Made by a program: the position numbers and the translations under genes
The notes under the pieces: generated by a model
Seen by the model: the letters and a program-made list of their open reading frames with translations, nothing else
Told to the model about the DNA's origin: nothing
Database searches by the model: none
Shown here: piece by piece, positions 12,145 to 23,769 of the stretch
Position numbering within the stretch: the stretch's first letter is position 1
Layout: each line of letters begins with the position of its first letter
Assembly: GCF_018350175.1 (NCBI RefSeq)
Contig: NC_058372.1
Coordinates: 147,560,001 to 147,624,000 of the forward strand
DNA: 64,000 nucleotides
Origin: Felis catus
Taxonomy: Eukaryota
Direction: 5' to 3'

Positions 12145-13580
12145 AAAGGGCCGTGTGGTCTAATGCATGTGGGTCACGCTAAATGTATCTGTAAGCCTAA
12201 TTTGACCATAAGTTTGTGACCTCCAAATGCTAGGACTTTTTTCAGCGGATCTATGAAAGCCTGAATTCATCATATGAAAGGCATTTGTTGTATCAAAATA
12301 TAATGTGTGAAAGTATACGATGTATGGATAGTATAGATTCCATAGCTAATGTCCTATTCAATGGTGAAAGGATTAAAACTTTTCCTCTCAGATCAGGAAC
12401 AAGGATGTGCCCACCCTCACCACTTCTAGTAACTATAATTCTAGAAGTTCTAGCCCAAGCAATTGAGGGGAGAGGGAGAAAAATAAAAGAAGACAAAAGA
12501 AATAAATAACAGGCATCCAAATCAGAAAGGAAGAAGTAAAATGCTGTTTGCAGGTGGCATGATGTCATGTAGTAAAAAGCCGAAAAGACGCCACCAAAAA
12601 ATTATTAAAACGAATGAAAAAATTTATTAAAGTAACATACGAAAATCAGTTGCCTCTCCATACACTAACGGAAAACTATCCAAAAAGCGAAATTTAGAAA
12701 ACATGAATAATAGCATCAAAAAGAAATACTTAGCAATAAATTTAAACACAGAGATCAAAGCTCTGCGTGCTGAAAACTGTAACATTGATGAAAGAAATTG
12801 AAGAAGACATGAACAAATGGAAAGATATTCCACAATTGTGGATTGGAAGAATCAGTATCGTTAAAATGTTCATCCTACCCGAAGTAATCTGCACATTCAA
12901 CGCAATCCCTATCGAAATTCCCATTGGAACTTTTCCCAGAAACAGAAAAAAAAATAATCCTAAAATTTGTATGGAACCACAAAAGACTATGACTAGACAA
13001 AGCAATCTTGAGCAAGAAGAACAAAGTTAGAAGCATCAGTGTACTTGATTTTGAAATAGACCACAAAGGTGTTGTAAGTAAAACAGACATAGATCAGCAG
13101 GACAGAATAGAGAACTCAGAAATAAATCCACTCATTTATGGTTAGTTGACTTCAACACATTGGCCAACAGAATACGCTGAGGAAAGGACAGTGTCTTCAA
13201 TAAATGCTGGTGGGAAAACTGGTTTTCCACATGCAGGTAAATGAAATTTGACCCTTATTCCATTCCATACACCGAAATCAACTCAAAATAGAGTAGAGAC
13301 TTATGTGTAAGATCTGAAACCATAAAACTATTAGAAAACATACAAAACAAAAAATCTTGGCCTTGTTTTGGGCAAGGATAGTTTTCAGGATGCCTCCAAC
13401 AGCACAGACAAAACAAAACAAAACAAATAAAGACAAATATAACTGTATCAAACCAAAAGCTCTGCACAGCAAAGGACACAGTCAACAGAGTGTAAGGACA
13501 ACTTACTGAATGGGAGAAGGTATTTGCAAACATAAAACTCAGGAACAAAAAAAAAAAACAAAAAACCAATCTGATTAAAA

Positions 13581-13739
13581 NNNNNNNNNNNNNNNNNNNN
13601 NNNNNNNNNNNNNNNNNNNNNNNNNNNNNNNNNNNNNNNNNNNNNNNNNNNNNNNNNNNNNNNNNNNNNNNNNNNNNNNNNNNNNNNNNNNNNNNNNNNN
13701 NNNNNNNNNNNNNNNNNNNNNNNNNNNNNNNNNNNNNNN
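13581..13739. other. Assembly gap (159 N) inside L1
   Basis: N run; flanks are colinear L1 ORF2 sequence. Confidence 0.99.
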
Positions 13740-14434
13740 ACGCAAACTATAAAAAATGTCAGCCAGGATGTGGACAAAAGGGAATCCATGTACACTCTTG
13801 GTGGGAATGTAGTTGGAAAATGGTATGAAAGTTTTTCAAAAAATCAAAAAATAGAGCTCCATATGATGCAGCAACCCCACTTCTGGGTATCTATCCAAAA
13901 GAAATATAATTACTAACCTAAAGAGATATATGTGCTCCCATGTTCCTTGCAACATTATTTACAATCGCTGAGATTCCTTAGAAACAACCTAAGTGTCCAC
14001 CGATGGACAAATGGAGATATACAATGGAATATTACTCAGGAACGAGAAAAAAGGAAATCCTGCCATTTGCAACAACGTGGATGAACATGGAGAACATTTT
14101 GGTAAATGAAATAAAGCAAAGACAAACTACTATGTGATCTCACATGTGAAAAAAAAAAAAGAAGTTGAACTGGTAGAGACAGATTAGAACATCGGTTACT
14201 AGGGCCGGAGAGGTGGGAGAAATGGGAAGAATTTGGTTAAAGTGTATAAAATTGTAGTTATGTAGGATGAATAAGTCTACAGATTGGATGCAAATATAGT
14301 GACTATACTCAATACTGTATTGGATTTTGGAACTATTCTAAGAGAGCAGATTTCAGGTGCACTCATCTGAAAAATAATGCTAACTATGGGAAGAGATGAT
14401 AGTTAATTACCCGGTCTATAGTCAACATTTCACT

Positions 14435-14435
14435 A

Positions 14436-14480
<45 letters not shown>
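14435..14480. repeat. (TG)/(TA)n microsatellite in L1 3' UTR
   Basis: Direct run. Confidence 0.95.
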
Positions 14481-14485
<5 letters not shown>

Positions 14486-14679
14486 CATCATGTTGTACAC
14501 TTTAAATATATACAATTTTTATTAAAATATACAAAGAAAAAAGTGATAGATTTTAAGTGATAGATTTTAATTTATAAACAAAATAATAGCTCTCAAATGA
14601 AATATAGTTGTTTTGAATATCCATCAATGTAACCTTAAAAACTTCCCAATATGTATAACTTTCTAATAAGATCAGCAGT

Positions 14680-15392
14680 GATATTAACAAACGTGATATT
14701 TTTAAATATCATACGATAAAATGAGTCAATATTTGAAAGATAACTCAGTAACCCAATAAAACAGTATTTTCTAAATGACCCAAAACATGCTTGGGATCCA
14801 CTGAAAGTACAAGGTAGACCAATAAGATAGAATAAGCCCAAAGCTTACTGATATTGTTCGAGATTTCACATTGCAACTAAACTTTGAGATACTACTATTT
14901 GTTGAATTTTGGTGTAATATCAAAAGAAGAATATCCGCTGTGTCCAGAAAAGCTGCTAAAAAATACTGCTTTCTTTTCCATCTATATATTTCTATGAGAC
15001 CAGATTTTTCCATATAAGCTCACACTACAATTTTACATATTGCAACAGATGGAATACAGAAGCAGATGAGAATCCATCTGTCTTCTATTATGCCAGATAT
15101 TAATAGATAAAAGGGAAAACAATGTCACTCCTCTAAAGGTGGTTTTTTGGTTTTGAAAAATATAGTAATTTTCATAAAATATGGTGTTGATGCTAACCAT
15201 GAGCTGATTGTTCTTATTTTTAATTAGTTGAGTGTTCTTATTTTTAAATTTAAATATCTTAATTTCTGTTCTCATTTCAAATACAGTAACTATTGACAAA
15301 ATATAACCCATGTAAACAGAAGCTTTTTGGTGTTCTCAATAACTTTTAAGAGTGTAAAGCAATCCTGAGACTAAACTATTTGGAAAGGACAT
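14680..15392 (+). mobile_element. hAT-Charlie DNA transposon relic (Charlie1-like 3' part)
   Basis: CACATTGCAACTAAACTTTGAG...GAAGCAGATGAGAATCCATCTGTCTTCTATT...TTTTAAGAGTGTAAAG..TCCTGAGAC resembles the Charlie1 end. Confidence 0.8.
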
Positions 15393-15429
15393 TACTCACG
15401 TCACACTTCTCAAGATAACAGAAAACTTA

Positions 15430-15870
15430 TTAAGCTAGCCTGTCTTCCAGGACATTTCCTTGGCCACTTCTCCTCAAAGTCTTACAAATGGCCAAACTCT
15501 TCTGTGTTGGTCCAGACTCAGCTTGACTTTACATCTTCCCCTCGACACTTAAATTGATACAGATGTGTCTTCTCCCAAAAAGTAAAAAACAAAAGCAAAA
15601 ACAAAAACAAAAACAAAACCCATTTCTCTTCTCTGGTTCTCTATCACACTATTTATAAATTAGATGAGGGTCCTTGTCATAATGTGCTTTAGTCATTGCT
15701 TCCCTTGATTGTCTTCTCCAGAGGATGGCAAGATGTCTGGGGAATACCACCTCATTTCCTTTGGGGACAAGAATTAAGTGTTCTCTGATCTATATCATAT
15801 CCACATCATCAATATCTCACTCAGTCCTTGCATATGACCTGTGCTTACGAATATTCCATGAAAGGATGAC
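15430..15870 (+). mobile_element. L2 fragments
   Basis: Pyrimidine-rich L2-like body and decayed 3' terminus. Confidence 0.4.
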
Positions 15871-17165
15871 TCTGATTTTTGCGGAATTTTCAAATAATTT
15901 GAAAATGTTGATGGATATGTTATAAGCAAGGTTTTTGCTCTCATCAAGCGTCTCATTCCCAGGGGATTTTGCGTGTATCATCATACGTTTCCAATATTAC
16001 GTATGGCAGTAAAGATGTGTCAGAGAGGTTCGATATTTGAAGCCTCGTGCCCACTGCAATGCGAACAATTTTCTGTAAAACATGTGTAATAAGTAAAACC
16101 TTATTTTGTCAGTATTTCCATGGTACTACCGGTCACCTTTATACGGTAAAAGCTCTGTTCTGATCGTGAAATAGTGAAGGGCATAGAACTTGGTCTTTTT
16201 TTCTTTGTTCATCCTCATCTGTGGTTTCCTTTCTTTATCTTAATTTTTTTTTTTTACCTCCCCAGAGATCATCATCATCATCAGGCACTAAGAGGATCAT
16301 TTAAATTCCTTCAAAACAAATGATTCTTATCGGGTCTGTGGCAGTGACATTGTTTCAGTGTCCACTGTATTGACGACTACCCAGAAGCTGCCATCTCAAA
16401 GAATTCATCCTTCACTGAGCGCTTTCAAAAATGTCACTACTGACAGCGTGCCCAGCAGCAATTTTAACATAGCAGACACATATTCTTTGGAGCACAGGGG
16501 TACCCTCAGCTCTGAGACCTGTCATTTTCTAAGGTTCTGCCCCTTGGATGGCTGCTTTTCTTTGCCCAGAATGAATCTTTCCATCTTATGTTGCGCCTGG
16601 CACACCAATGCACATCTGCTGCTCTAACTGCCTGAAGAAGTGATTCCGTATGTCCCTGCGCCAGCTTTCGACTCACGCGTCCAGGGGTGACCCTACTTCA
16701 TCTGTGAAGCTCAGGACTTGCTCAGATGTCATGCTGTCAATCATCTTGTAGACATGCCTGGATCAGGACGCTTGGCTTCAATTCTTTGGGACCTCCTCAT
16801 TATTGATCTTCCGTTGCCATTTGCTATTAAACTTCACGTGTCAGTGACTCCGATAGAACTTCTTAAGAGACTGAAGGTCACATCCAAACAGATTCGAGTC
16901 TTGTAGTCAAAAAAGGTTAAAAAGACGACCTCTTTTTAGAGACTATGGCTTAATAGTCTAAGCCCAGTCTCTCAAGAACGTTGGATGTTGGGTTTTCCTT
17001 GACTTACGCTTACCATTTTTTACATCTTTTGTTAATTGTGAAAGGAAAAAAAACAACGAGAGCATAATTTTGTAGTTCCTTTAAAACCACAGTATCAAGG
17101 AACTTTACTCCTGCCAGGAATATGCCATTGACTCCAATCCCCCACTTACACTATGAGAAAATATT

Positions 17166-17224
17166 ATGTATGTATGTATGCAAGTATCTATGTATATATG
17201 TACATATGTATGTATGTATGTATC
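17166..17224. repeat. (TATG)n degenerate microsatellite
   Basis: Direct. Confidence 0.85.
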
Positions 17225-17519
17225 TATTTATTGAGAGTAGCATGGAAAATATGAACATAATAGCTTCAAGACTCGCCATGAGATCATCTGATCTCTGATC
17301 TGTAATCTCAACTAAAAATTTGTAATTTTTACAGTGTTCTAAAATGTAACTAGTATTAATTTCAAGATTTACATGGTAAATTTCTTGAGTTTTATGGGGA
17401 TATTTACAGTGTTTCTTCCCATAATACATTTTTATTTCTTCCTGGTTATGTGGACACTATATTAAGACATTCTGGTTACTTTCCCTCGTTCAACTCAGTC
17501 TGTACTGAGTGTCTGACTG

Positions 17520-17660
17520 TGTGCATATCTAATAAATCACATACAGTTAAGAATCTAAAGCTCGATCCCAGTCTGCTGTGTTTAGTAGGTGACCTCTTTG
17601 TTTGATAGTCTCAGTGTTTGCATATGTAAAGTGTTTTCATACAATCCCTCTCTCCTGAAA
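17520..17660. mobile_element. MIR fragment
   Basis: GGTGACCT...TCTCAGTGTTTGCATATGTAAA core-like. Confidence 0.45.
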
Positions 17661-18699
17661 CTTTGGCATTGGTTTTTAAAAATATTAATATTAGCTTCCA
17701 AAAATGTATATATTATTTATATATTTCTATAAAACCACTCATAATAATGGATGTAATAAATTTAAGAAATTTAATATAAGCTCCATATGTGTGTCACATT
17801 TACCACTTAGCTCAAAAGTCACCTGTATAATGTACTGGGTTATAATAGGTTTTAATGTTGTTTCCAGCAAATTCTATTGTGTTATCAATGGATAGACTCC
17901 AATATAACCTCAAAATCCACTGAAGTGTTTATATGGAAATAACTAGCAGAGCATAAAATTGCATTTTTATAACTCTAGGAATGATGATTTTGCAAATCTG
18001 CAAACCAGTGACTAATACTATAAATAAGAAAGTCCAAGAGACAGTTGTTGTATGTTGTTTGGGTATATACAAATATAACAAGTATCAGGTTCCTAATAAA
18101 ATTCACACACTGCAGAAATCTTCTCTCTTCTCCAATAAAAGATATGCAATATCATATTTTAAGAATGACACATAAATGCTAGTTATTAATTAAATTTTCA
18201 AAAATTACCTTGTTAAACCATCTGAAACACCTCCTATAATTAGCTATCATCATAAAAGCTCATTAGTGCCCACGGTATGTTCCTACCAAAAATGCAATTT
18301 CAATAACTCTGCTACATGAATATTTAAACAAAAATTTTTTCAACCCACAGTTATCAGTGGGAGAAAACTGTTCACAGGTTTGGTCATAACTTTTTCCCAA
18401 GAACCAAATGGCTCCAAATCTTTCTTCTCTGACGGGCCCTGATACAGCACTGGGGAATCGGCATCTCATTCCCCTGCCCACTCTGGTCTTTGGTACTTTG
18501 GGCTTCCCTTCTCTAATTTTTCTGCAGGAAGAAAATGGATAGAACTGTACCTCCAAAAGATTAGGAAACAGGAAAGTGAACCCAAACAAACCTGCGATGC
18601 ATTAGAGATACGAATTCTGGAAGTATAAGAAAGGCTTATGATCACTCTGGTTCTAATTGTGTTAGGGTCTCTTAGCCCCTTAGAAGCAAGCAAAGTTTG

Positions 18700-19327
18700 C
18701 TTTGAATTGCAAGTAACTTGTTCTGTGAGTGTTCCGCAAGGCAAGCAAACGTTTCTAATAAATTTTAACTTGATAAACGAGAGATGCCTTGCAACAGGAT
18801 TTGCATGTGATGCCGAACGTCACATGATCACAACTGAGCCAATGGACACTGATATATTTTTTTCTCACTTCAAAGCACCTGTGGACAGTTCTTTGCTTTT
18901 ACATACAAGAGAAAGCTGAGGAATGCTTTGCTTCATTCTAGGTCATCATCAGATGGGTTCTTTGTTAAAGCTGCCCAAAAAGAAACAGATTCCATTGAGC
19001 CAATAGATAGCGGTGATTCTGTTAGTAACAGTGAAAGTCATTCCTGCACAGTAATTCTCCTCTCTCTTGTCTCCCTCACATCAGCCACAAAGGCTTTCAA
19101 AGACACTTGCAGGTTAATTTGTTTATTTTTCTTTTTCTTTTGTTTTATTTATTATTTTGTATTATAGCACAGCACTGTAATCATTTTTATATGAATATTT
19201 TGGGGTTGTGGAACAATCATATGAGTTTCCATTATTCCTTATGGGGAAATTCACTCCGATATACAAGTGCTTTGGATTACAAGCATGTTTCTGGAATGAA
19301 TCATGCTTGCAAACCAATGTTTTACAG
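18700..19327 (+). mobile_element. Tigger/pogo-like non-autonomous DNA transposon (internally deleted)
   Basis: Imperfect inverted subterminal motifs (CTTTGAATTGCAAG at 18700 vs reverse complement of 19306-19319); hairpin 19270-19287/19302-19319; resembles an element I recall as common in cat DNA. Confidence 0.7.
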
Positions 19328-20179
19328 CACTTACATTTAGCTATTTTATTCTGGATCTTAGAGTGATTTCAGTTTCAGCAAGAGCTACTGTGAAGAAAGG
19401 AAAGAACCAAGGAAAAGTAAAAATAGGGAGTGGACCGAGGGAGACATTGAGGTGACAAAGATAGCAGAAACCAAGGACAAAATGAGGAAGCCTTTTGCAT
19501 ATTCTGTTTCCCAGAGCCCTGCTGTCAAGGACTATGTTTCTAAGTCACTAGAATGAGCTACTGTGACTGTGTATTGGGAGAAAGAGGACAGAATGCTTAC
19601 ACGTTCACCGCGTTGGACACTGGAGCTGGTCTGGTCTAGTATTTGCACATCTGATAGCACCTAGAGTTAGGTGACCTGTTATGCAAGAATAGTGCAGTGC
19701 TGGGACGTCTTTGGAATCTAGATCCAATCAATACAGTACTGTTTACTTTACCTGCAATATTTTTTGTCCTGGCCCAATCGATTACTTGTGCTTCAAGATC
19801 CATCAGGGCAAATGTCACCTGATTCCCTCATTCTTTTGCTTACTCAATAAAGGAATGACTTGATTGAGCATCGTCAGAATGGCCAAAACCTGAGGTAGAT
19901 ACTAGGAATTCAGATAAGAAAAAGTATAACCCTCTTCCTTAAGGGCATAAAAACAACCAAGGAAGATAGATGGGTAAAGAATTAGAACAATATAATATGA
20001 CGTTGGTTGCAAGAACGGATTGCTCCTGGATACAATGAGCGCACAGGCAAGATGGTCATATTGGGGGTTATTGCTGATTATCCTCTCCAGCCATACTTGA
20101 ATGCCACCTTCCTGTTTCCACGCATCCGGCTCGGGCCTCCAGAGAAGCATTGGCCAGGCTGCATTGTACTCATCCATCG

Positions 20180-20300
20180 GATTATCTCCTTCACTGGGCA
20201 ATTAACTTGTAGAGAGCAGAGACTAAGTGTGGTCAACGTTCCATCATCTCCACATTGAACAGAGCTCCTAAAACACGTTTGGCAAATGAATGAATAAAGA
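20180..20300 (+). mobile_element. L2 3' end
   Basis: Ends AAATGAATGAATAAA. Confidence 0.5.
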
Positions 20301-20722
20301 AAAAAATGACACTAGCTGGCCCGGCTGGCCCCAGCGAATCTCAAATGCCTCCTTGAAGCATTTATTCCTCGAATCTTCTCTTCTCACTATCACTACACCT
20401 GTGACAAATAGGAAGCTCGATGTGTGACAGCAAATACTTCATGCTATAGCCAAAATTAATTTGCATGGACACCATTTATGATTTCTTCTCACTGGAAGGC
20501 TGGAATTATTCCCAAAGAGGAATTCATTTGATTATAGTTTCTGTTGCCTCTAAATTGGGAGAGCTCCAATTATGATAGGATTCAACATATGATGCAGACA
20601 CATGCAGCCATGAGACATCTTTCTCTCTCACCACTAAGTCACGGCTGCTAAATTTATCAACCTGCCGCTCTGAGTCTGACATCATGCAATGGAAGTGAAA
20701 GGCACCAGCAGCCCTGTAACCC

Positions 20723-21256
20723 TGTGTTCGTTTCCTATCGCTGTGATAAAAATTATGCCATACTTAGTGACTTGTAAGAACACGATGTTATTATCACATA
20801 GGCCCAGAGGTCAGAGGTCTGAAATGGGTCTCACTGGGCTACGATTATGATCTCTCAGCAGGGATGCTTGCCTTCCTGGGGGTTTCAGGAGTTAATCCAG
20901 TTTTGTTTTGTTTTTTTGCCTTTCTCAGCTCCTAGCAGCTGTCAGCATTCTGTGACTGGGGTCCCTTTTCCATCTTTAAAGGTGTCTTTGGCTGGTCGAG
21001 TCTCACCCTGCAGCACTCTAACATGCCCCTGCCTCCCAGTGTCACTTATAAGGACCTATGTGATTACACTGGGCCTCTCCCAGTGTACCCTGGGATTATC
21101 CAGATAATACACTGTAATCCATCTCCAAGTTACCTGATTAGCAAATTTAATTCCATCTACGATCTTAACTCCCTTTTGCCAGAGAACATAACAAACTCAC
21201 AGGTTCCAGGAATGCAGACGTGGACATTTTGGGGTTCTATTGTTTTGCCTACCACA
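20723..21256 (-). mobile_element. MaLR solo LTR (MLT1D-like)
   Basis: GGTCAGAGGTCTGAAATGGGTCTCACTGGGCT...CACAGGTTCCAGG...GCCTACCACA; TG..CA ends. Confidence 0.85.
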
Positions 21257-22550
21257 CTCCTTTTACGTGCCTGCTTTAGTATTCGCTACCATGAAAGCCC
21301 ACCAGGGTGTCCCTCATATATACGTTCTCACCTGCTGCACCATTATATTGTTACGAAGCAGAGAACAAGTTAGTTCTTATGCCTAAAAGAAGGTATGGGT
21401 GGGGTGGGGCGGGGTGTCTCTAATCATAGAATTTGATATCATCTTTTTACATCAGAATTGTTTATTCCAAAAGGGAGGTATGAGTTTGCAAAAGCTTGCA
21501 TTTGCTTCCCCAGGATGACCTCACGTGCCCTACCTACTCCTTAGAAGAGGAATAGAGAAAATTGCTTCCACTCTGTGCTTTGGACGGTACCCCTGGGGTC
21601 CCAAGTCAATCACCTGCATAGGATTGTTTTGGTCCTTCTCAGTGCCTGTAGAGCCTTCTGCCGTGTCCTTACTGGGCTTCAGGCTGTCAGCTGCTCTCTG
21701 TCCTCAGCACCCTCTGCAGCGCTGTTAGATTTCTTCCCACAGCTGCTATCAGAACAAATGTGTCAGCACTTTGGAACAGATGGCCGCCTTCACCAGTGAA
21801 CACAGTCTCTTAATATATCACATAGGCTTCAAGAGATGCTGGGTGCACATCTCAGAGACAGGCTGGCTGCCCTGTGAAGTACAGGCCAGGGAAAACAATT
21901 GCTTCCCACGGGATTCCTGGAAAAGAAGCCACGTAAGGTGGCAGCGGAGAATCACCGCACACCCCCCGCTCTCCTCTACTGAATGGGGCCAAGATGGCGT
22001 ATGTCCTACTGTGGGAAAGATCCAGTCCATTTCAAGGGCGTGGATAGTTTCACTGACAGCTGAATAAAGACCCATTCTTCCACCCACTAGCTGTTCGACT
22101 TGGAGCAACCTTTGCAAAGTTGAATGTATCCGAAAAGTAGAAAAATCTGCCTTTTGCAGATTTCGAGAAGACGTAACGTAGAAAGGGCTTTGAAAATGGC
22201 AGACAAACATAAGGAACTATTATGTTGTGGTTTCCATTAAACATAACATTGCCAGGCTTAACTAAATTAATCCAAAGCTTGGTGTCAGTTGGCCAGGGGT
22301 TCTCAATAGGGTGCCCAAAAATTCTTTGGAAATATGGGAGTTGTTTTGCACCGTCACGAAAAGTGGGAAGGCGTGGAGTTTTAGTGGGCTGGATCCATGT
22401 GACTTAGATACCCTGACTATCGTACACAGCCCTGCACAATAAAAGTTGTTCAGTCCTTTCTACCTGGCAACCAAATGCCCCACTAATTTCCTTTGGATGC
22501 GTGAATATCTGAGTCTGGATACTTCTCATACTCTTTTGAAGCATAAAGCG

Positions 22551-22753
22551 TTTAAAAAAATTTTTTTTAACACTTATTCATTTTTGAGAGAAAGAGAGAG
22601 ACAGAGTGTGAGAAGGAGACACAGAATCTGAAGCAGGCTCCAGGCTCTGAGCTGTCATCACAGAGCCCAATGCAGGGCTCAAACTCAGGAACCACAAGAT
22701 CAGGACCTGAGCTGAGGTCAGAAGCTTAACTGACTGAGCGCCCCGGGCACCCC
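22551..22753 (-). mobile_element. CanSINE
   Basis: Antisense SINE; near-TSD AAGCAT(A/G)A(A/C)GC. Confidence 0.95.
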
Positions 22754-23005
22754 AAAGCATGACGCATTTTTTGCTGAGCTTTAATATCTATGAAATTATC
22801 CAAATCTCATTTTATCATGAAAGTTGAAGAAGAGTGTACTTTGTTTTGTCCAAATGTTTACCAAAAGTTTACTTACATTTCCAGAAAAATCAAGATACTA
22901 ACAGCCACACTGTTCGTTGTATGTGTCACTATCCCAAAATTCCTGTGTCAGTTTGTATTTGTAACTGAAATACACGCAATACCTTTTACATATAAGAATA
23001 GTCTT

Positions 23006-23194
23006 GGGACACATGGGTACCTCAGTCAGCTGGGCAACTGACTGGATTTCAGCTCAGATCGTGATCTCACTGGTCATGACTTCCAGCCTCATGTTTGGTC
23101 TCTCTGCAGACAGCATGGAGCCTGCTTGAGATTCTTTCTCTCCCTTTCTCCCTCTCCCCCCAGTGCTCTCTCTCTCTCAAAAAAAAAAAAAAAA
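23006..23194 (+). mobile_element. CanSINE (diverged)
   Basis: Decayed head, GGAGCCTGCTTGAGATTC, CT tract, A tail. Confidence 0.9.
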
Positions 23195-23544
23195 GTCTTA
23201 TTTATGCCCTATTTCGAAATGTCAAAACTACAGAAAAAGTGTGGACTCTACCCAGTTAAGAATTGTCTTCTCTTGAATATAAATTTACGTGGATGAAGCA
23301 TCGACTATGTCATCAGGCCTTGTAATACATCACACTATTTCATCCAGTATGTCCCCCGATAGCTTACATCATAAAAGGCATCTGGATTTACTGTAAGTTA
23401 CTTTTTTTCATTCATTTTTAAACTGTCATGCTTTTTAATTTACTTAAATGTGAATATAAGTTATAGTATTCATGCATGTTTTTCAAGATTGCAGGCTGAT
23501 TACATTATTGTTTAACATGTTATTTGGGGGAAGGAACAAATGGT

Positions 23545-23760
23545 AGTATTACTGAAAGCAAGAAATCTGGAATTAGGCAGACCTGAGATTAAATCTCATT
23601 TCCAAATCTTGGTAACTATCTGATATCAGCTGATATTGACCCCTTAGCCCCTTGCTTTTCAAAATTGTTATGGCAAGTGTGGAAATGAGATATAAATTGT
23701 AACGTACAGAAATTCTGGTTCTTAATGTAGTTGGATGATCAATATATTTATTTATGGTTT
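23545..23760. mobile_element. MIR
   Basis: GGAATTAGGCAGACCTGAGATTAAATC MIR-like head. Confidence 0.5.
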
Positions 23761-23769
23761 GCATTTATT

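Larger units (their letters stand above)
12341..14540 (+). mobile_element. 5'-truncated L1MA-class element (ORF2 RT/C-terminus and 3' UTR)
   Basis: Peptides [34 protein letters not shown] and [28 protein letters not shown] are L1 ORF2p; L1MA-type 3' UTR with A tail. Confidence 0.92.
22291..23500. mobile_element. hAT-Charlie relic (MER20B/Charlie4-like), split by two SINEs
   Basis: CAGGGGTTCTCAA terminus; TGTACTTTGTTTTGTCC..TTTACCAA internal motif. Confidence 0.6.

Noticed and set aside
12285-13030. L1 ORF2-like ORFs as an active element or domesticated gene
   Set aside because: 5'-truncated, frameshifted, with stops
18263-18919. Overlapping ORFs of 92-108 aa and an acceptor-like TTTTTCTGCAG near 18527
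   Set aside because: No recognisable protein or matching donor; the distal part lies within the Tigger-like element
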